A stretch of 41,287 nucleotides of DNA from an uncultured bacterium (GCA_964473625.1 CAYYPT010000003.1:1-41287); one strand, 5' to 3'. Shown: positions 27,594 through 37,685, numbered from the stretch's first letter. Program-made: numbers and translations. Notes: generated from the letters alone by a model not told the origin.

Positions 27594-28990
27594 TATTCAC
27601 TCTTACATTTAAGAATTGTCCAGGGCATTGGAGGCAGACTTTTTAAATACCCTTTTAGCCAATCGTACTGAGGGTGCTTTTCTAAAAATTCATCTGCATC
27701 AAAACCTATATTACAGGAACTTCCCCATTTCGCCCATAATTTCCATTTTGCTGCCATGTTTGCATCAAGCACTTTACCATCAATCGTTCCACCTGGAACA
27801 TATGCACCCACACTTCCTGGTATACTCCCATTATCCAGATACCAGTGACCACATATAGTTCTGGAAGTTGGTTTTTCTTCTTCAAGGTAAACATCGTAAT
27901 GGTCTGCCAGCATTCTTTTTGCAATCTCAACATCAATTTTCCCGTAATATTTTTTCATCAACTGATGCCATCTTACGCGGCGGGCAACTGAAAAACTTCT
28001 TATATCATCATACGATGCGGCTGTTTCTTCCCTCAAGATCTTTATGTTATTTGCAACGTTTGAACCGGTAAAATAGCCGTTTTTCTTCTTTTCTAAACTA
28101 TGGTTTTTTAAACCAAGCTCAAGCCGGGCAATTTCGTTTGTTTTTATATTCCCCACAAGCCAGGAATTAGCATAGGCGCCGTTGTTGTTTTTAATCATGA
28201 TATCCGCCCACTCATCAATGGTGTTGGCATACTGCATGGCTTTTCTGGCTCTCTCGAAAATAGGTGTACCTTTAGGATTAAAACCATGGAAACTCCCAAT
28301 TGTGGTTTCAGTACCAACAAGGCCTGCTCCGGTAATAAAGAAATCTGTTGCGCTGTATATACATGGTCCCCAGGACTGCATTAAAATTCTGTGTCCTTTT
28401 TCAGGAAGAATATCTACAATAATGTTACAAAATCTGAGAAGAGCATAATCAGACCATGAGTTGTGAGCCATTACGATCTTATGGTCAGCAGTTGCATCAC
28501 CTGTGGCAATAAAAGCACTGCATCCAGCACCATAGATTTTCTGTTTTTCCTCAGGCCACCAATACCAGAGAACATCGAGAAAACCGTTCATGAAAATCAT
28601 TTCATCAAGGGTTATTTTTTTACCCGCTTTTTGAAGTCCTGCTACCATTCCTTTCATTTCTTCCACATACTCTTCTGATATTTTATTCTTAAAAAGTTCA
28701 GTAGCCTTATTAACAAAGAAATCAAGATCCTTGGCAGTGTTGAATTTCTCAACATAGGCGACTGTTTTCAAAAACTCATCAATTTCGTTAGCAGTGAGAT
28801 AACCACGCTGGAATCCTCTTTCAAAAGGCTTGCCTTCAATATGCAAGAAAATCCAGCCGTTTTTGTCGTATCGGTAGGCCTTTGCCAGCCATTGGTTTTC
28901 CTCTTTTGTCAGGTTTTTGTCTGCCCCAAAAGAGAGAACGCTTGTTACAAGAAAGAGAAAGATTGAATATAATAAAAGTCTTTTACGCAT
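27593..28990 (-). CDS. Secreted Ntn hydrolase, phospholipase-B-like / C45 family
   Basis: 465 aa with a signal peptide. GAGCSAFIATGDATADHKIVMAHNSW matches the Cys-nucleophile ..CSA......HN(T/S)W signature of phospholipase-B-like (PLBD) Ntn hydrolases. Confidence 0.65.
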   Translation of the reverse strand: MRKRLLLYSIFLFLVTSVLSFGADKNLTKEENQWLAKAYRYDKNGWIFLHIEGKPFERGFQRGYLTANEIDEFLKTVAYVEKFNTAKDLDFFVNKATELFKNKISEEYVEEMKGMVAGLQKAGKKITLDEMIFMNGFLDVLWYWWPEEKQKIYGAGCSAFIATGDATADHKIVMAHNSWSDYALLRFCNIIVDILPEKGHRILMQSWGPCIYSATDFFITGAGLVGTETTIGSFHGFNPKGTPIFERARKAMQYANTIDEWADIMIKNNNGAYANSWLVGNIKTNEIARLELGLKNHSLEKKKNGYFTGSNVANNIKILREETAASYDDIRSFSVARRVRWHQLMKKYYGKIDVEIAKRMLADHYDVYLEEEKPTSRTICGHWYLDNGSIPGSVGAYVPGGTIDGKVLDANMAAKWKLWAKWGSSCNIGFDADEFLEKHPQYDWLKGYLKSLPPMPWTILKCKSE

Positions 28991-31367
28991 TTTGTTTCCC
29001 TCCTATTTTAAAGCTTAAAATAAAATTCCTTCCCGGACCGTTGATACCAGATCTGTACTCGCGATAATTTATATCAAAAATGTTTTCTGCGGCAAACTCT
29101 ATGCTTCCCCAGTTCTTTACATTAAATGCTGTCCGAAAATTGACAGTTTGCCAGTTAGGTGTACCTCCCGGGGGAATTCGTGGATCATCTTTGTTGTCTT
29201 GAGAAAGGCGATTCTGTTTTCTGGCGAATCGTGAATAGAAATATAGATGAAAGTTTTCGCCACGCCATTCCAGACCCATCAAACCAAATGTTGGAGGAAT
29301 CCCACCTACAGGTTCATTAGCAGTAGTATTTTGCCCGTATGTGCTGGTAAGATTAAAGAGAAAAACGAGCTTAGGCATCAAGTAGTAGTTCATTTCTATT
29401 TCAGTTCCACGGATAAACGCATTGCCAATATTCTTCTTAGTCTTAACCTTGTACGTGGTACCATTTATCTCGATTGTTGAAGAGCCATTATAAGTTGTCG
29501 GAGCACTTGCCAGCAAACCTGAGATTCTTGAGTAATAGAAAGAAAGTTCCCCTTTTAGTCTGGAAAAGTCAAATTTAAAACCGCTGTCTAAACTAAGCAT
29601 TTTTTCCGGTTTGAGGTTTGTGTTGGGGACTTCGTATGTTTTCCCCTTAGATTCGCCCAGTTTGGAAATATCGCTTAGGTTTGGAGCACGAAAAGCCTGC
29701 GCAATATTAGCATTGAAAAAAATCTTATCATTAACCTTACGAATCAATCCTAAGCTGCCGGTTAGTGAGTGAAAATTCTGTTTGATTTTGCCAAACTGAA
29801 CTGCTGCTGGCTCGGTTGGTATTGTAAAATGCGTGGTAAAATAACTGAAGCGGAGACCTGTTATTGCCTTCCATTTTTGGGTTAAAGCGATTTCATCCTG
29901 TAAAAATAAGCCAAAACTGTTGTATTTTGCCTCATCAGGATAGCGGCCACGGATATCTTTTTCTGATACTCCGGTTTCTGAATCTATGTAGAATCTTTCA
30001 CTGGTTACGTTGTCTAAGTAAATCTCAGTACCGTATGTGAAAAAATGTTGTTTAAATAATGAATTTAACTTGAAAGTGAACCCAGTAGTTCTCACGTCAT
30101 CTTTTTCTTTTGTCAATGGGGATGTGACTACTTTTTGTGTGTCGCGACCTTCTTCCTGCCTGTGATATGAAAGGGAAGCACGCAAGGAGTTAATGAATTT
30201 CCCCTGTAACTTGTTCTCATAAACTAAGTAGACAAGGTTGCGGTTTTGTGGCTGATATACCCACCTAAAATAGCCGCTGTTTTCATACTTATCATAACGG
30301 GGTACATCAATTTTCTTTGCCATCTGATAAGCTAATGTAAGGGTTTGGAAAGGTGTGATGGCATAAATTAATTTTGAATCAAAATCGTAAGCTTTAAACC
30401 CTGTTGGGGTTTGCTTTAGCCCGTTTGTGGATTTTTCAAGCTGTGGATACCGGCTGTTTGCTCCGCGTCTCAAGTCACCATAATTTTTATAGCTAAAACC
30501 AGTTAGAAATGCAAATTTACTGCTGCTCAGTAAGAATTCGGCTCTTGCGGTTTTTTCTTCATCTGCTGAAGCGTATCTGCTCAGGAGACTATAATTCACA
30601 TCCATGCTTCCAGAATTTGAACTGCCAATCTTGGGGATTTTTGTAATTACATTGATCGTACCTCCAAGTGCATCGCTTCCATAAAGCACAGATGTGGGAC
30701 CGCGTACCACCTCGATCCTATCCACATCAAGATTATCAATCGTTGTCAGGTATTGATGATTGCCCAAACGATATGTAGAATTGTTGAGCCTTATCCCATC
30801 TACTAAAATCAGTATCTGGTTGGAACTCAACCCACGAATTATAGCAGATCCACCTCCATGACTGGTTTTTTGAACAAAGATTCCTGTTTCTTCCCGCAGT
30901 GCCTCAGCAGTAGTTTTTGCATTACGTTCCCTGATCGATTCCTCGGAAACAACATTAATGGGATATGAAACATCTGTCACACACCGATTCGTACAGGTTG
31001 CTGTGACAACAACTCTGTTTAATTTTATGACCCTCCGGTGGAGTGTGATCTTATTCAAGTTTAAAACTTCATTGCTACTAATTTTGACATTTTTGATAAT
31101 CTTTTTCTCAAAAGCTATGTGAGAAAATTTTAATATGTAGATTCCCGGCATAATATTTTTGATTATAAAATATCCACTCGAGTCAGTAACATCTCCGTAT
31201 CTCTTGGGTTCTAATACAACTTGTAAATCTGAAATGGGTTTGTTATGCGAATCAATAACAATCCCCTTTACTGTCCCTGTTTGAGCCAGACCCAGAGAAA
31301 TATTCAATATAAAAATGTTAATCAAGATAAATGTAAACTTGGTAAATTTTTCTATTATGACACTCAT
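28983..31367 (-). CDS. TonB-dependent receptor with carboxypeptidase-regulatory N-domain
   Basis: 794 aa. GTVKGIVIDSHNKPISDLQVVL (CarboxypepD_reg-like), a plug (VDRIEVVRGPTSVLYGSDALGGTINVIT) and a barrel with ..GPGRNFILSFKI near the C-terminus. Confidence 0.88.
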   Translation of the reverse strand: MSVIIEKFTKFTFILINIFILNISLGLAQTGTVKGIVIDSHNKPISDLQVVLEPKRYGDVTDSSGYFIIKNIMPGIYILKFSHIAFEKKIIKNVKISSNEVLNLNKITLHRRVIKLNRVVVTATCTNRCVTDVSYPINVVSEESIRERNAKTTAEALREETGIFVQKTSHGGGSAIIRGLSSNQILILVDGIRLNNSTYRLGNHQYLTTIDNLDVDRIEVVRGPTSVLYGSDALGGTINVITKIPKIGSSNSGSMDVNYSLLSRYASADEEKTARAEFLLSSSKFAFLTGFSYKNYGDLRRGANSRYPQLEKSTNGLKQTPTGFKAYDFDSKLIYAITPFQTLTLAYQMAKKIDVPRYDKYENSGYFRWVYQPQNRNLVYLVYENKLQGKFINSLRASLSYHRQEEGRDTQKVVTSPLTKEKDDVRTTGFTFKLNSLFKQHFFTYGTEIYLDNVTSERFYIDSETGVSEKDIRGRYPDEAKYNSFGLFLQDEIALTQKWKAITGLRFSYFTTHFTIPTEPAAVQFGKIKQNFHSLTGSLGLIRKVNDKIFFNANIAQAFRAPNLSDISKLGESKGKTYEVPNTNLKPEKMLSLDSGFKFDFSRLKGELSFYYSRISGLLASAPTTYNGSSTIEINGTTYKVKTKKNIGNAFIRGTEIEMNYYLMPKLVFLFNLTSTYGQNTTANEPVGGIPPTFGLMGLEWRGENFHLYFYSRFARKQNRLSQDNKDDPRIPPGGTPNWQTVNFRTAFNVKNWGSIEFAAENIFDINYREYRSGINGPGRNFILSFKIGGKQNA

Positions 31368-31446
31368 CGAGATTGATAGTCTGAATTACTCATGAACGAA
31401 TCCCTGATTAAAAATCCCTGAAGAATTGCTCCGCGAATATTAGTGC

Positions 31447-31998
31447 TCACAATTTACTCCCACTTTTTTGGTCCAGAAGTTCCTGTATTTTTAATATCAA
31501 TTTATGGAAATCTTTCTTATTAAATCCCTCACTCTGATAAACAATCTTTCCACTGGTATCAACAAGAATGTTCCTTGGGACATATTTTGTCGCAAATAAT
31601 TTATAAAGTTTGCGGCGAGCATCCGGGACTATAAAAAAAGTGAGATTTTTTTTCTTCCTAAATGCTGTCAATTGTTCTTTTGTATGTTCCCTTCCTACAC
31701 CAATGACCACAAAATTTTTGTCTTTGAATCTTTGCCATATATCTTTTTCCAGGTGGGGCAATTCTGCATTGCATGTGGGACACCAGGTAACAAATAAAGT
31801 AATCAAGAACACTTTCCCTCGCAGCTCAGCAGTGTTTATCTTTACACTATCTATTGTTGTAGCAATAAAATCTGGAACTGTCTGACCTACCTTTGTGACA
31901 GTTGTATTTTTTACGTCTTCTATATTTTCCTGTTGCTGAGCCACTCCGAGTTGAAAAAAGAGCATCATTAAAACCCAGCACATAAATACTCGTTTCAT
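31447..31998 (-). CDS. TlpA/ResA-like periplasmic thiol:disulfide oxidoreductase
   Basis: 183 aa with a signal peptide and a thioredoxin fold carrying the WCPTC active site. Confidence 0.85.
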   Translation of the reverse strand: MKRVFMCWVLMMLFFQLGVAQQQENIEDVKNTTVTKVGQTVPDFIATTIDSVKINTAELRGKVFLITLFVTWCPTCNAELPHLEKDIWQRFKDKNFVVIGVGREHTKEQLTAFRKKKNLTFFIVPDARRKLYKLFATKYVPRNILVDTSGKIVYQSEGFNKKDFHKLILKIQELLDQKSGSKL

Positions 31999-32159
31999 GA
32001 CTCACTTCCTTATTATTATTTTACTTGATAAAATAGAAATAATTACTTATTCTTATGGTAAGCAATGTAGTATTTTGAGAGTAAAAAATCAATGTTTAAT
32101 TTCGGAGACTGCTTTTTTTATTTTCTTCCTCTATCCAATCAGATTATGGGGAAAGAGAA

Positions 32160-33341
32160 GTGAAAAAGTTTGTTCGTTTTATAGCCCGAAAATGGATTTA
32201 TGGCTATGACAATATCCATAATCAAGAAGTTCGGAGCAAATACGGTTTGCTGGAAGGCTGGGTCAGTATTATAGTAAACTTTTTGCTATTTATTGCTAAA
32301 AGTATACTTGGGATTTTAACAGGTTCCATTTCGCTGATTGCAGATAGTTTTCACACGTTATCGGATGTTTCTACTTCACTTGTCATTGTAGTTTCCTTCC
32401 GTATGGCTAAAAAACCTTCCGATGCAACACATCCTTTTGGGCACGGCAGAATAGAAGCCATTGCCACTGTGGTTGTAGCTATTCTTCTTTCAGTAGCAGG
32501 AATAGAGATCATTAAAAGTGCAGCCGGTAGACTTCTTCACCCCAGGAATTTCGAGGCTTCGTGGTGGATTATTGGAATAATAGCATTTACTATCTTAATA
32601 AAAGAATTTCTTGCTCGATTTGCCAGAGAAATAGGGAAATTAATTCAATCCCACACAATCCAGGCTGATTTCTGGCATCACAGAACAGATGCTCTCTCAT
32701 CGATACTGGTAATCCTCGCTTTCGTGGGACACCGTTTTGGTGTTCTATATCTGGATGGAGCAGCAGGAATATTAGTAGGAGGTATGATCATCTACACCGG
32801 ATGGGAAATTGCCAGGAAGGGAGTAGACGATCTACTTGGAACGCAACCATCAGAGGAACTTGTCCAGAGCGTGAAAAAAACTGTCAGGGCATTCCCTGAA
32901 GTACTGGATGTTCATGATCTAATTGTTCACCAGTACGGCCAGAAAATGGTCCTCTCGTTTGACATCGAAGTATCCGAGGATCTTTCTCTTAAATCTGCCC
33001 ACGCCATTGCAGAGCGGGTTGAAAAAACAATCAACAAGAAATTTAACACTCACACAACTGTTCATCTGGATCCTGTAAATATTAATGATCCTGAAATAAA
33101 GAAATTACACAACTTTTTGAATAAACTATTAAATCAATATGACGAGGTAGTTTCTTTCCATGATCTCAGAATAGTAGATAAAAAAGGCACAAAAGATATT
33201 TTTTTTAATTTAGTTCTTAACCCTGAAGTAAAAGACAAAGAGGCAGAAGACTTAAAACTAAAAATAAAAGACGCTTTGTTGAATACTTTCCCATCAGTTA
33301 ACAATGTGATCCTTGAAATAGAACCAAAGTATGCATTGTGA
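32160..33341 (+). CDS. Cation diffusion facilitator (CDF) transporter with extended C-terminus
   Basis: 393 aa with a GTG start. GSISLIADSFHTLSDV and HHRTDALSS metal-site motifs. There are about 90 extra C-terminal residues. Confidence 0.9.
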   Translation: MKKFVRFIARKWIYGYDNIHNQEVRSKYGLLEGWVSIIVNFLLFIAKSILGILTGSISLIADSFHTLSDVSTSLVIVVSFRMAKKPSDATHPFGHGRIEAIATVVVAILLSVAGIEIIKSAAGRLLHPRNFEASWWIIGIIAFTILIKEFLARFAREIGKLIQSHTIQADFWHHRTDALSSILVILAFVGHRFGVLYLDGAAGILVGGMIIYTGWEIARKGVDDLLGTQPSEELVQSVKKTVRAFPEVLDVHDLIVHQYGQKMVLSFDIEVSEDLSLKSAHAIAERVEKTINKKFNTHTTVHLDPVNINDPEIKKLHNFLNKLLNQYDEVVSFHDLRIVDKKGTKDIFFNLVLNPEVKDKEAEDLKLKIKDALLNTFPSVNNVILEIEPKYAL

Positions 33342-33348
33342 GGTAGAT

Positions 33349-36300
33349 ATGAGCATAAGAATCATAAAATGGAGTTTTCTTCTTTTGTTTTTTCCTCTCC
33401 TGAATCTTACATGGGCAAAAGAAAAAACAAGCGACTTCAGTGTACTTTCTTCTTCTGAAGAATCTTGTGTTATTGCTTTTAGTCCGTCTCATTTTCAGAT
33501 AGATACTCTGGTTATAACCGGCAAGCACTATCAGGTAATTAATTTTAGCATGGCAAGTTATCCTGAACATACAGGCGAACCAATGATACCATCCAGAATT
33601 CTGGTAGTAGGTATTCCTCCTTCCGGCGGTGTAAAAGTTTCTGTGGTGGGTTCTGATTTTATAGAAAAACAGGGAATAAGATTACTGCCTATCCCCCTAC
33701 TGGAGAAGAAAGACAATCTTCCATGGGAAACATATAAAGAGGGACCTCTTTACCAGAAATCGGGTTTTACACCTGGCATACTCTATAAAACCGAAGAACC
33801 AGCATATTTTGGCGATCAAAGGATAGTTAGAATTCATCTTTACCCTGTTCAATATAATCCTGGAGAAAACAGAATTCACTACTATACAAGAATCGTTCTC
33901 CGTGTTGAGTTTATGGGGAAAAGTGAAATCCCATATGCCACTAAACAGAAATTAAATAACGAAAGACTCTATCAAGAAGCCGTGATAAATTATTCTGTGG
34001 CGAAAAAGTGGCGAAGAAGAATTAATAAACAGGTAAGAAAAAAGGGGGGAATTTTGGGAATAGGAAAGTATTACAAAATTCCTGTTTCAAAAGAAGGTCT
34101 GTTTAAAGTTTCCGGAAGTTTTCTCAAAAAGCATGGAATCGACATTAGCTCAATTGATCCTGCAACGCTGAAAATATACAACAACGGGGGAAAAGAACTT
34201 CCAAGAAATATTAACACTCCCCGACCAGACAGTCTCATTGAAAACCCAATTCTTGTTTTTGGTATAGATGATGGCAGATTTGACGAATCAGACTATTTCT
34301 TGTTTTATGGAAAGGAAGTAAACGGCTGGGAATATAATTCCGCAAATAAAACATACAATCACTACATCAATCATTACACTGATAAGAATATCTATTGGCT
34401 TGTATTTAACGATGGCAAACCAGGCCAACGGATAAAAACAGCGCCGTCCTCATCAGCCCAGGGAGCAGAAGACATTGATTCTTTTGTGGATCGCTTTTTT
34501 CTGGAACAGGAAATCTATAATCCTCTGGAAGGTGGTATCCTCTGGCTCGGATATTTGTTTACCGATCAAACACCTTCCAAATCTTATAAATTATCGTTCA
34601 CAAATCCAGTCCCGGATACGACTGTCCGGTTCCGCTTCAGGTTTGCCGCCACAACTGCTGGCACTCATCGTTTTGACATAAGCCTCAACAACCAGGTTTT
34701 CAAACAAATCAGCTTTCCTGGCCCATTTGCCGGGATAAAATTTTCTTCTCAAACTGTTCTTTTATCAGCAGTGAATCTTCCGGATCAATCAACTCTCTCA
34801 TTCCAGTATACAGGCTCTGGCCCTGCACCAAATGCTTATCTGGATTGGTTTGAAGTAGAATATCGCCGTTACCTTAAAGCATCCAATGGAAAACTCACTT
34901 TCTTTTCTCCAGAAACTGAAGGAGTTTACAATTACCAGCTATCGGGATTTAACACAGAGCCATTTGTTTTAAATGTAACAGACTTTTCCAGAATTCAGAG
35001 GATGGAATTAAAATCAATTTCTGGAGGATGGGCATTTGTTGATTCAGTAGGGTCTTTGCCAAAGAAGTATATTGCTGTTCAATCGTCAGCTTTTCTTTCT
35101 CCAGAAACAATTACAGAGGATACTTTCCCCAGTCTCAGAAGTCCTTCAAATGGGGGGAATTTAATAATTATCACGCATCCTGATTTTTACGACCAGGCTC
35201 TTAGACTAAAAGAACTCCATGAAAAACAGGATTCTCTTTCTGTCGTTATTGTGAACATTCAGGATATTTACGATGAATTCAGCTGGGGACTCTACGATCC
35301 TGTTGCTATTCGTGATTTTGTAAAAGCTGCTTATGATAATTGGAACCCACGGCCTTCTTATCTTCTTCTCTTTGGTGATGGAGATTATGATTACAAAAAT
35401 ATAATATCAAATAATGATAAGAACTGGATACCTCCATTTGAGTACAGTGGACTGACGGAGAGTAGCTCCAGGGCATCAGATGATTGGTTTACCTATGTAT
35501 CCGGAAATGATTATTTCATGGATCTAGCAGTAGGACGGCTTCCTGTTCAATCTGTAGAAGAGGCAAGAACAGTTGTTGACAAAATCATACAATATGAAAC
35601 TGATCCTCTGTGGGGTGATTGGAAAAGTCTTGTGACAATAGTGGGCGATGATGAAAAAACGAAAACCGGAGATGAAAATGAAACCACCCACATTATAGCT
35701 TCAGAGTATATTGCGGAGCATTGTATTCCTCATCTTTTTAACCTAAATAAAATTTACCTCACTGAATATCCAGAAGTTATTACCACATTCAGACAAAAAC
35801 CACAGGCTCGAGATGATTTAATCGATCAGATTAATCGCGGAACCCTGCTTGTTAATTACGTAGGTCATGGCAATGAAGAAGTTTGGGCACACGAGCGCAT
35901 ATTCCAGAAAGATATTGACTTACCGGCTCTGCATAACGGAGCAAAACTGCCTCTTTTTTATGCAGCAACTTGTTCATTTGCCAGGTATGATAATCCAAAC
36001 AAACAGAGTTTTTCCGAAGCACTGCTTAACACAGAGGAAAAAGGAGCCATTGCTGTGATAGGAGCATCCCGGTTCTGTAGTGCCTCATCTAATGAAGCAT
36101 TAGACAAAACCTTTTTGATAAAACTTTTTGAAAATCAGAATCTCACGCTCCGCCTGGGAGATGCAATGCGTCTGGCAAAGCTGAATACCGGTATAAGAGA
36201 AAACAACGAAATGTATCACATACTGGGAGATCCAGCAATGCGATTGGGTGCACCAAGATATAGGGCTATCTTTACAAAAATAGAACCGGATACTTTTAAA

Positions 36301-37311
36301 GCTCTGGGTATTATAAAAATTGAAGGAACTGTAGAAAAAAATGGAATTCCGTGGAATGATTTTACCGGGCAATTCAGTCTTAAAGGATTCGATTCAAAGA
36401 AAAAGGTTGTTTACACAACCCAGCATGGAACCCGGGTGACTTACAGCTTACCAGGCAATACCATTTTCCGTGGCAGGACAAAGGTTGAAAACGGCAGGTT
36501 TAAATTTTCTTTTATTGTACCAAAAGATATTTCCTATGGAGGAAACACAGCACGATTGAGTTGTTATTTCTGGAACAATGAAACCGATGGAGCTGGATAT
36601 CAAGATGGAATTGAAGAAAGAGGAAGTATCAATTTGGTTGACAGGGAAGGCCCAGAAATAGAGCTTTATTTCCAGGGACAAGAGAATTTCACCACAGGTG
36701 AAATGGTACCAGAAGAGCCAGAACTTGTAGCTGTTATTCAGGATGACAAAACCGGAGTTAATATTACGGGAGAAATAGGACACAAAATTGAGCTAACTAT
36801 TGACGAAAATGAAAATAGAGACTTAACCGATTATTTCCAGTACGATGAAGGAAGTTATCTGGAAGGGAAACTCACTTATCGCCTGGACAGTATAAAATCT
36901 GGCAAACACACCTTAAGCCTGAAAGCATGGGATAATGCCAATAACTCCTCTACCCAGTCTATAGAGTTTAACGTAGTTCCTATGGGAGAACTTAGAATAG
37001 AAAGAGTACTTAATTATCCAAATCCCTTCAGCGCTTCAACTCACTTTACTTTTCAACTTAATCAGGACGCAAAAGTAGAGATTAAAATATTCACAGTGGA
37101 CGGAAGACTTGTGAAACGCTTTGAAGGAATAATGGGAGGGCCGGGTTTTAATATGTTCCCTCCTGGACCCAATGAGGGATGGGATGGAAGAGATGAAATG
37201 GGTGATTTACTCGCCAACGGGATTTATTTATATAAAATTATAGCTAAGGCTTATGTTAATGGGAAAGACTTGAAGAAAGAAGTGGTCGGCCGACTGGTAA
37301 TTATGCGATAA
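33349..37311 (+). CDS. C25 (gingipain-family) cysteine peptidase, PorU-like size, with FlgD-Ig/T9SS-like C-terminal domain
   Basis: The frame is open from 33331. ATG at 33349 follows GAGGTAG and starts signal peptide MSIRIIKWSFLLLFFPLLNLTWA. C25 propeptide-like N-terminus, LLLFGDGDYDYKN, catalytic His (VNYVGHGNEEVW), catalytic Cys (LFYAATCSFARYD) and a C-terminal NYPNPFSASTHFTFQL...GIYLYKI domain. Confidence 0.85.
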   Translation: MSIRIIKWSFLLLFFPLLNLTWAKEKTSDFSVLSSSEESCVIAFSPSHFQIDTLVITGKHYQVINFSMASYPEHTGEPMIPSRILVVGIPPSGGVKVSVVGSDFIEKQGIRLLPIPLLEKKDNLPWETYKEGPLYQKSGFTPGILYKTEEPAYFGDQRIVRIHLYPVQYNPGENRIHYYTRIVLRVEFMGKSEIPYATKQKLNNERLYQEAVINYSVAKKWRRRINKQVRKKGGILGIGKYYKIPVSKEGLFKVSGSFLKKHGIDISSIDPATLKIYNNGGKELPRNINTPRPDSLIENPILVFGIDDGRFDESDYFLFYGKEVNGWEYNSANKTYNHYINHYTDKNIYWLVFNDGKPGQRIKTAPSSSAQGAEDIDSFVDRFFLEQEIYNPLEGGILWLGYLFTDQTPSKSYKLSFTNPVPDTTVRFRFRFAATTAGTHRFDISLNNQVFKQISFPGPFAGIKFSSQTVLLSAVNLPDQSTLSFQYTGSGPAPNAYLDWFEVEYRRYLKASNGKLTFFSPETEGVYNYQLSGFNTEPFVLNVTDFSRIQRMELKSISGGWAFVDSVGSLPKKYIAVQSSAFLSPETITEDTFPSLRSPSNGGNLIIITHPDFYDQALRLKELHEKQDSLSVVIVNIQDIYDEFSWGLYDPVAIRDFVKAAYDNWNPRPSYLLLFGDGDYDYKNIISNNDKNWIPPFEYSGLTESSSRASDDWFTYVSGNDYFMDLAVGRLPVQSVEEARTVVDKIIQYETDPLWGDWKSLVTIVGDDEKTKTGDENETTHIIASEYIAEHCIPHLFNLNKIYLTEYPEVITTFRQKPQARDDLIDQINRGTLLVNYVGHGNEEVWAHERIFQKDIDLPALHNGAKLPLFYAATCSFARYDNPNKQSFSEALLNTEEKGAIAVIGASRFCSASSNEALDKTFLIKLFENQNLTLRLGDAMRLAKLNTGIRENNEMYHILGDPAMRLGAPRYRAIFTKIEPDTFKALGIIKIEGTVEKNGIPWNDFTGQFSLKGFDSKKKVVYTTQHGTRVTYSLPGNTIFRGRTKVENGRFKFSFIVPKDISYGGNTARLSCYFWNNETDGAGYQDGIEERGSINLVDREGPEIELYFQGQENFTTGEMVPEEPELVAVIQDDKTGVNITGEIGHKIELTIDENENRDLTDYFQYDEGSYLEGKLTYRLDSIKSGKHTLSLKAWDNANNSSTQSIEFNVVPMGELRIERVLNYPNPFSASTHFTFQLNQDAKVEIKIFTVDGRLVKRFEGIMGGPGFNMFPPGPNEGWDGRDEMGDLLANGIYLYKIIAKAYVNGKDLKKEVVGRLVIMR

Positions 37312-37324
37312 TCAGGAGGCAAAA

Positions 37325-37681
37325 TTGTACAGTGACATAGTAAAAGATCATTTTACTCATCCAAGAAATGTGGGAGAAATCGAGAATCCCGACTTAATTG
37401 GTACAGCAAAAAATGAAGCAGACGGGGATCAAGTTCAACTCCACATAAAACTTGACGGAGACAGAATTATTGATGTAAAGATGAAAGTTATGGGATGCGT
37501 GGCAGCTATTGCTTCTACCAGTCTTTTTACAGAGATGATAAAAGGAAGAACAATCTCTGACGCAGCAGCAGTCTCAAAAGAAGAATTGACTGCCAATCTT
37601 GGGGGCCTGCCAGAACACAAAATACGATGTTCATTAACTTGTATTGATGCACTCAAAAATGCAGTAAAGAAAAAAGATTGA
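37325..37681 (+). CDS. IscU/NifU-N-like Fe-S scaffold homologue (atypical ligand set)
   Basis: 118 aa with a TTG start 6 nt after CAGGAGGC. DHFTHPRNVG, GCVAAIAS and KIRCS motifs align to IscU. The first Cys position reads ADGD. Confidence 0.8.
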   Translation: MYSDIVKDHFTHPRNVGEIENPDLIGTAKNEADGDQVQLHIKLDGDRIIDVKMKVMGCVAAIASTSLFTEMIKGRTISDAAAVSKEELTANLGGLPEHKIRCSLTCIDALKNAVKKKD

Positions 37682-37685
37682 AAAA

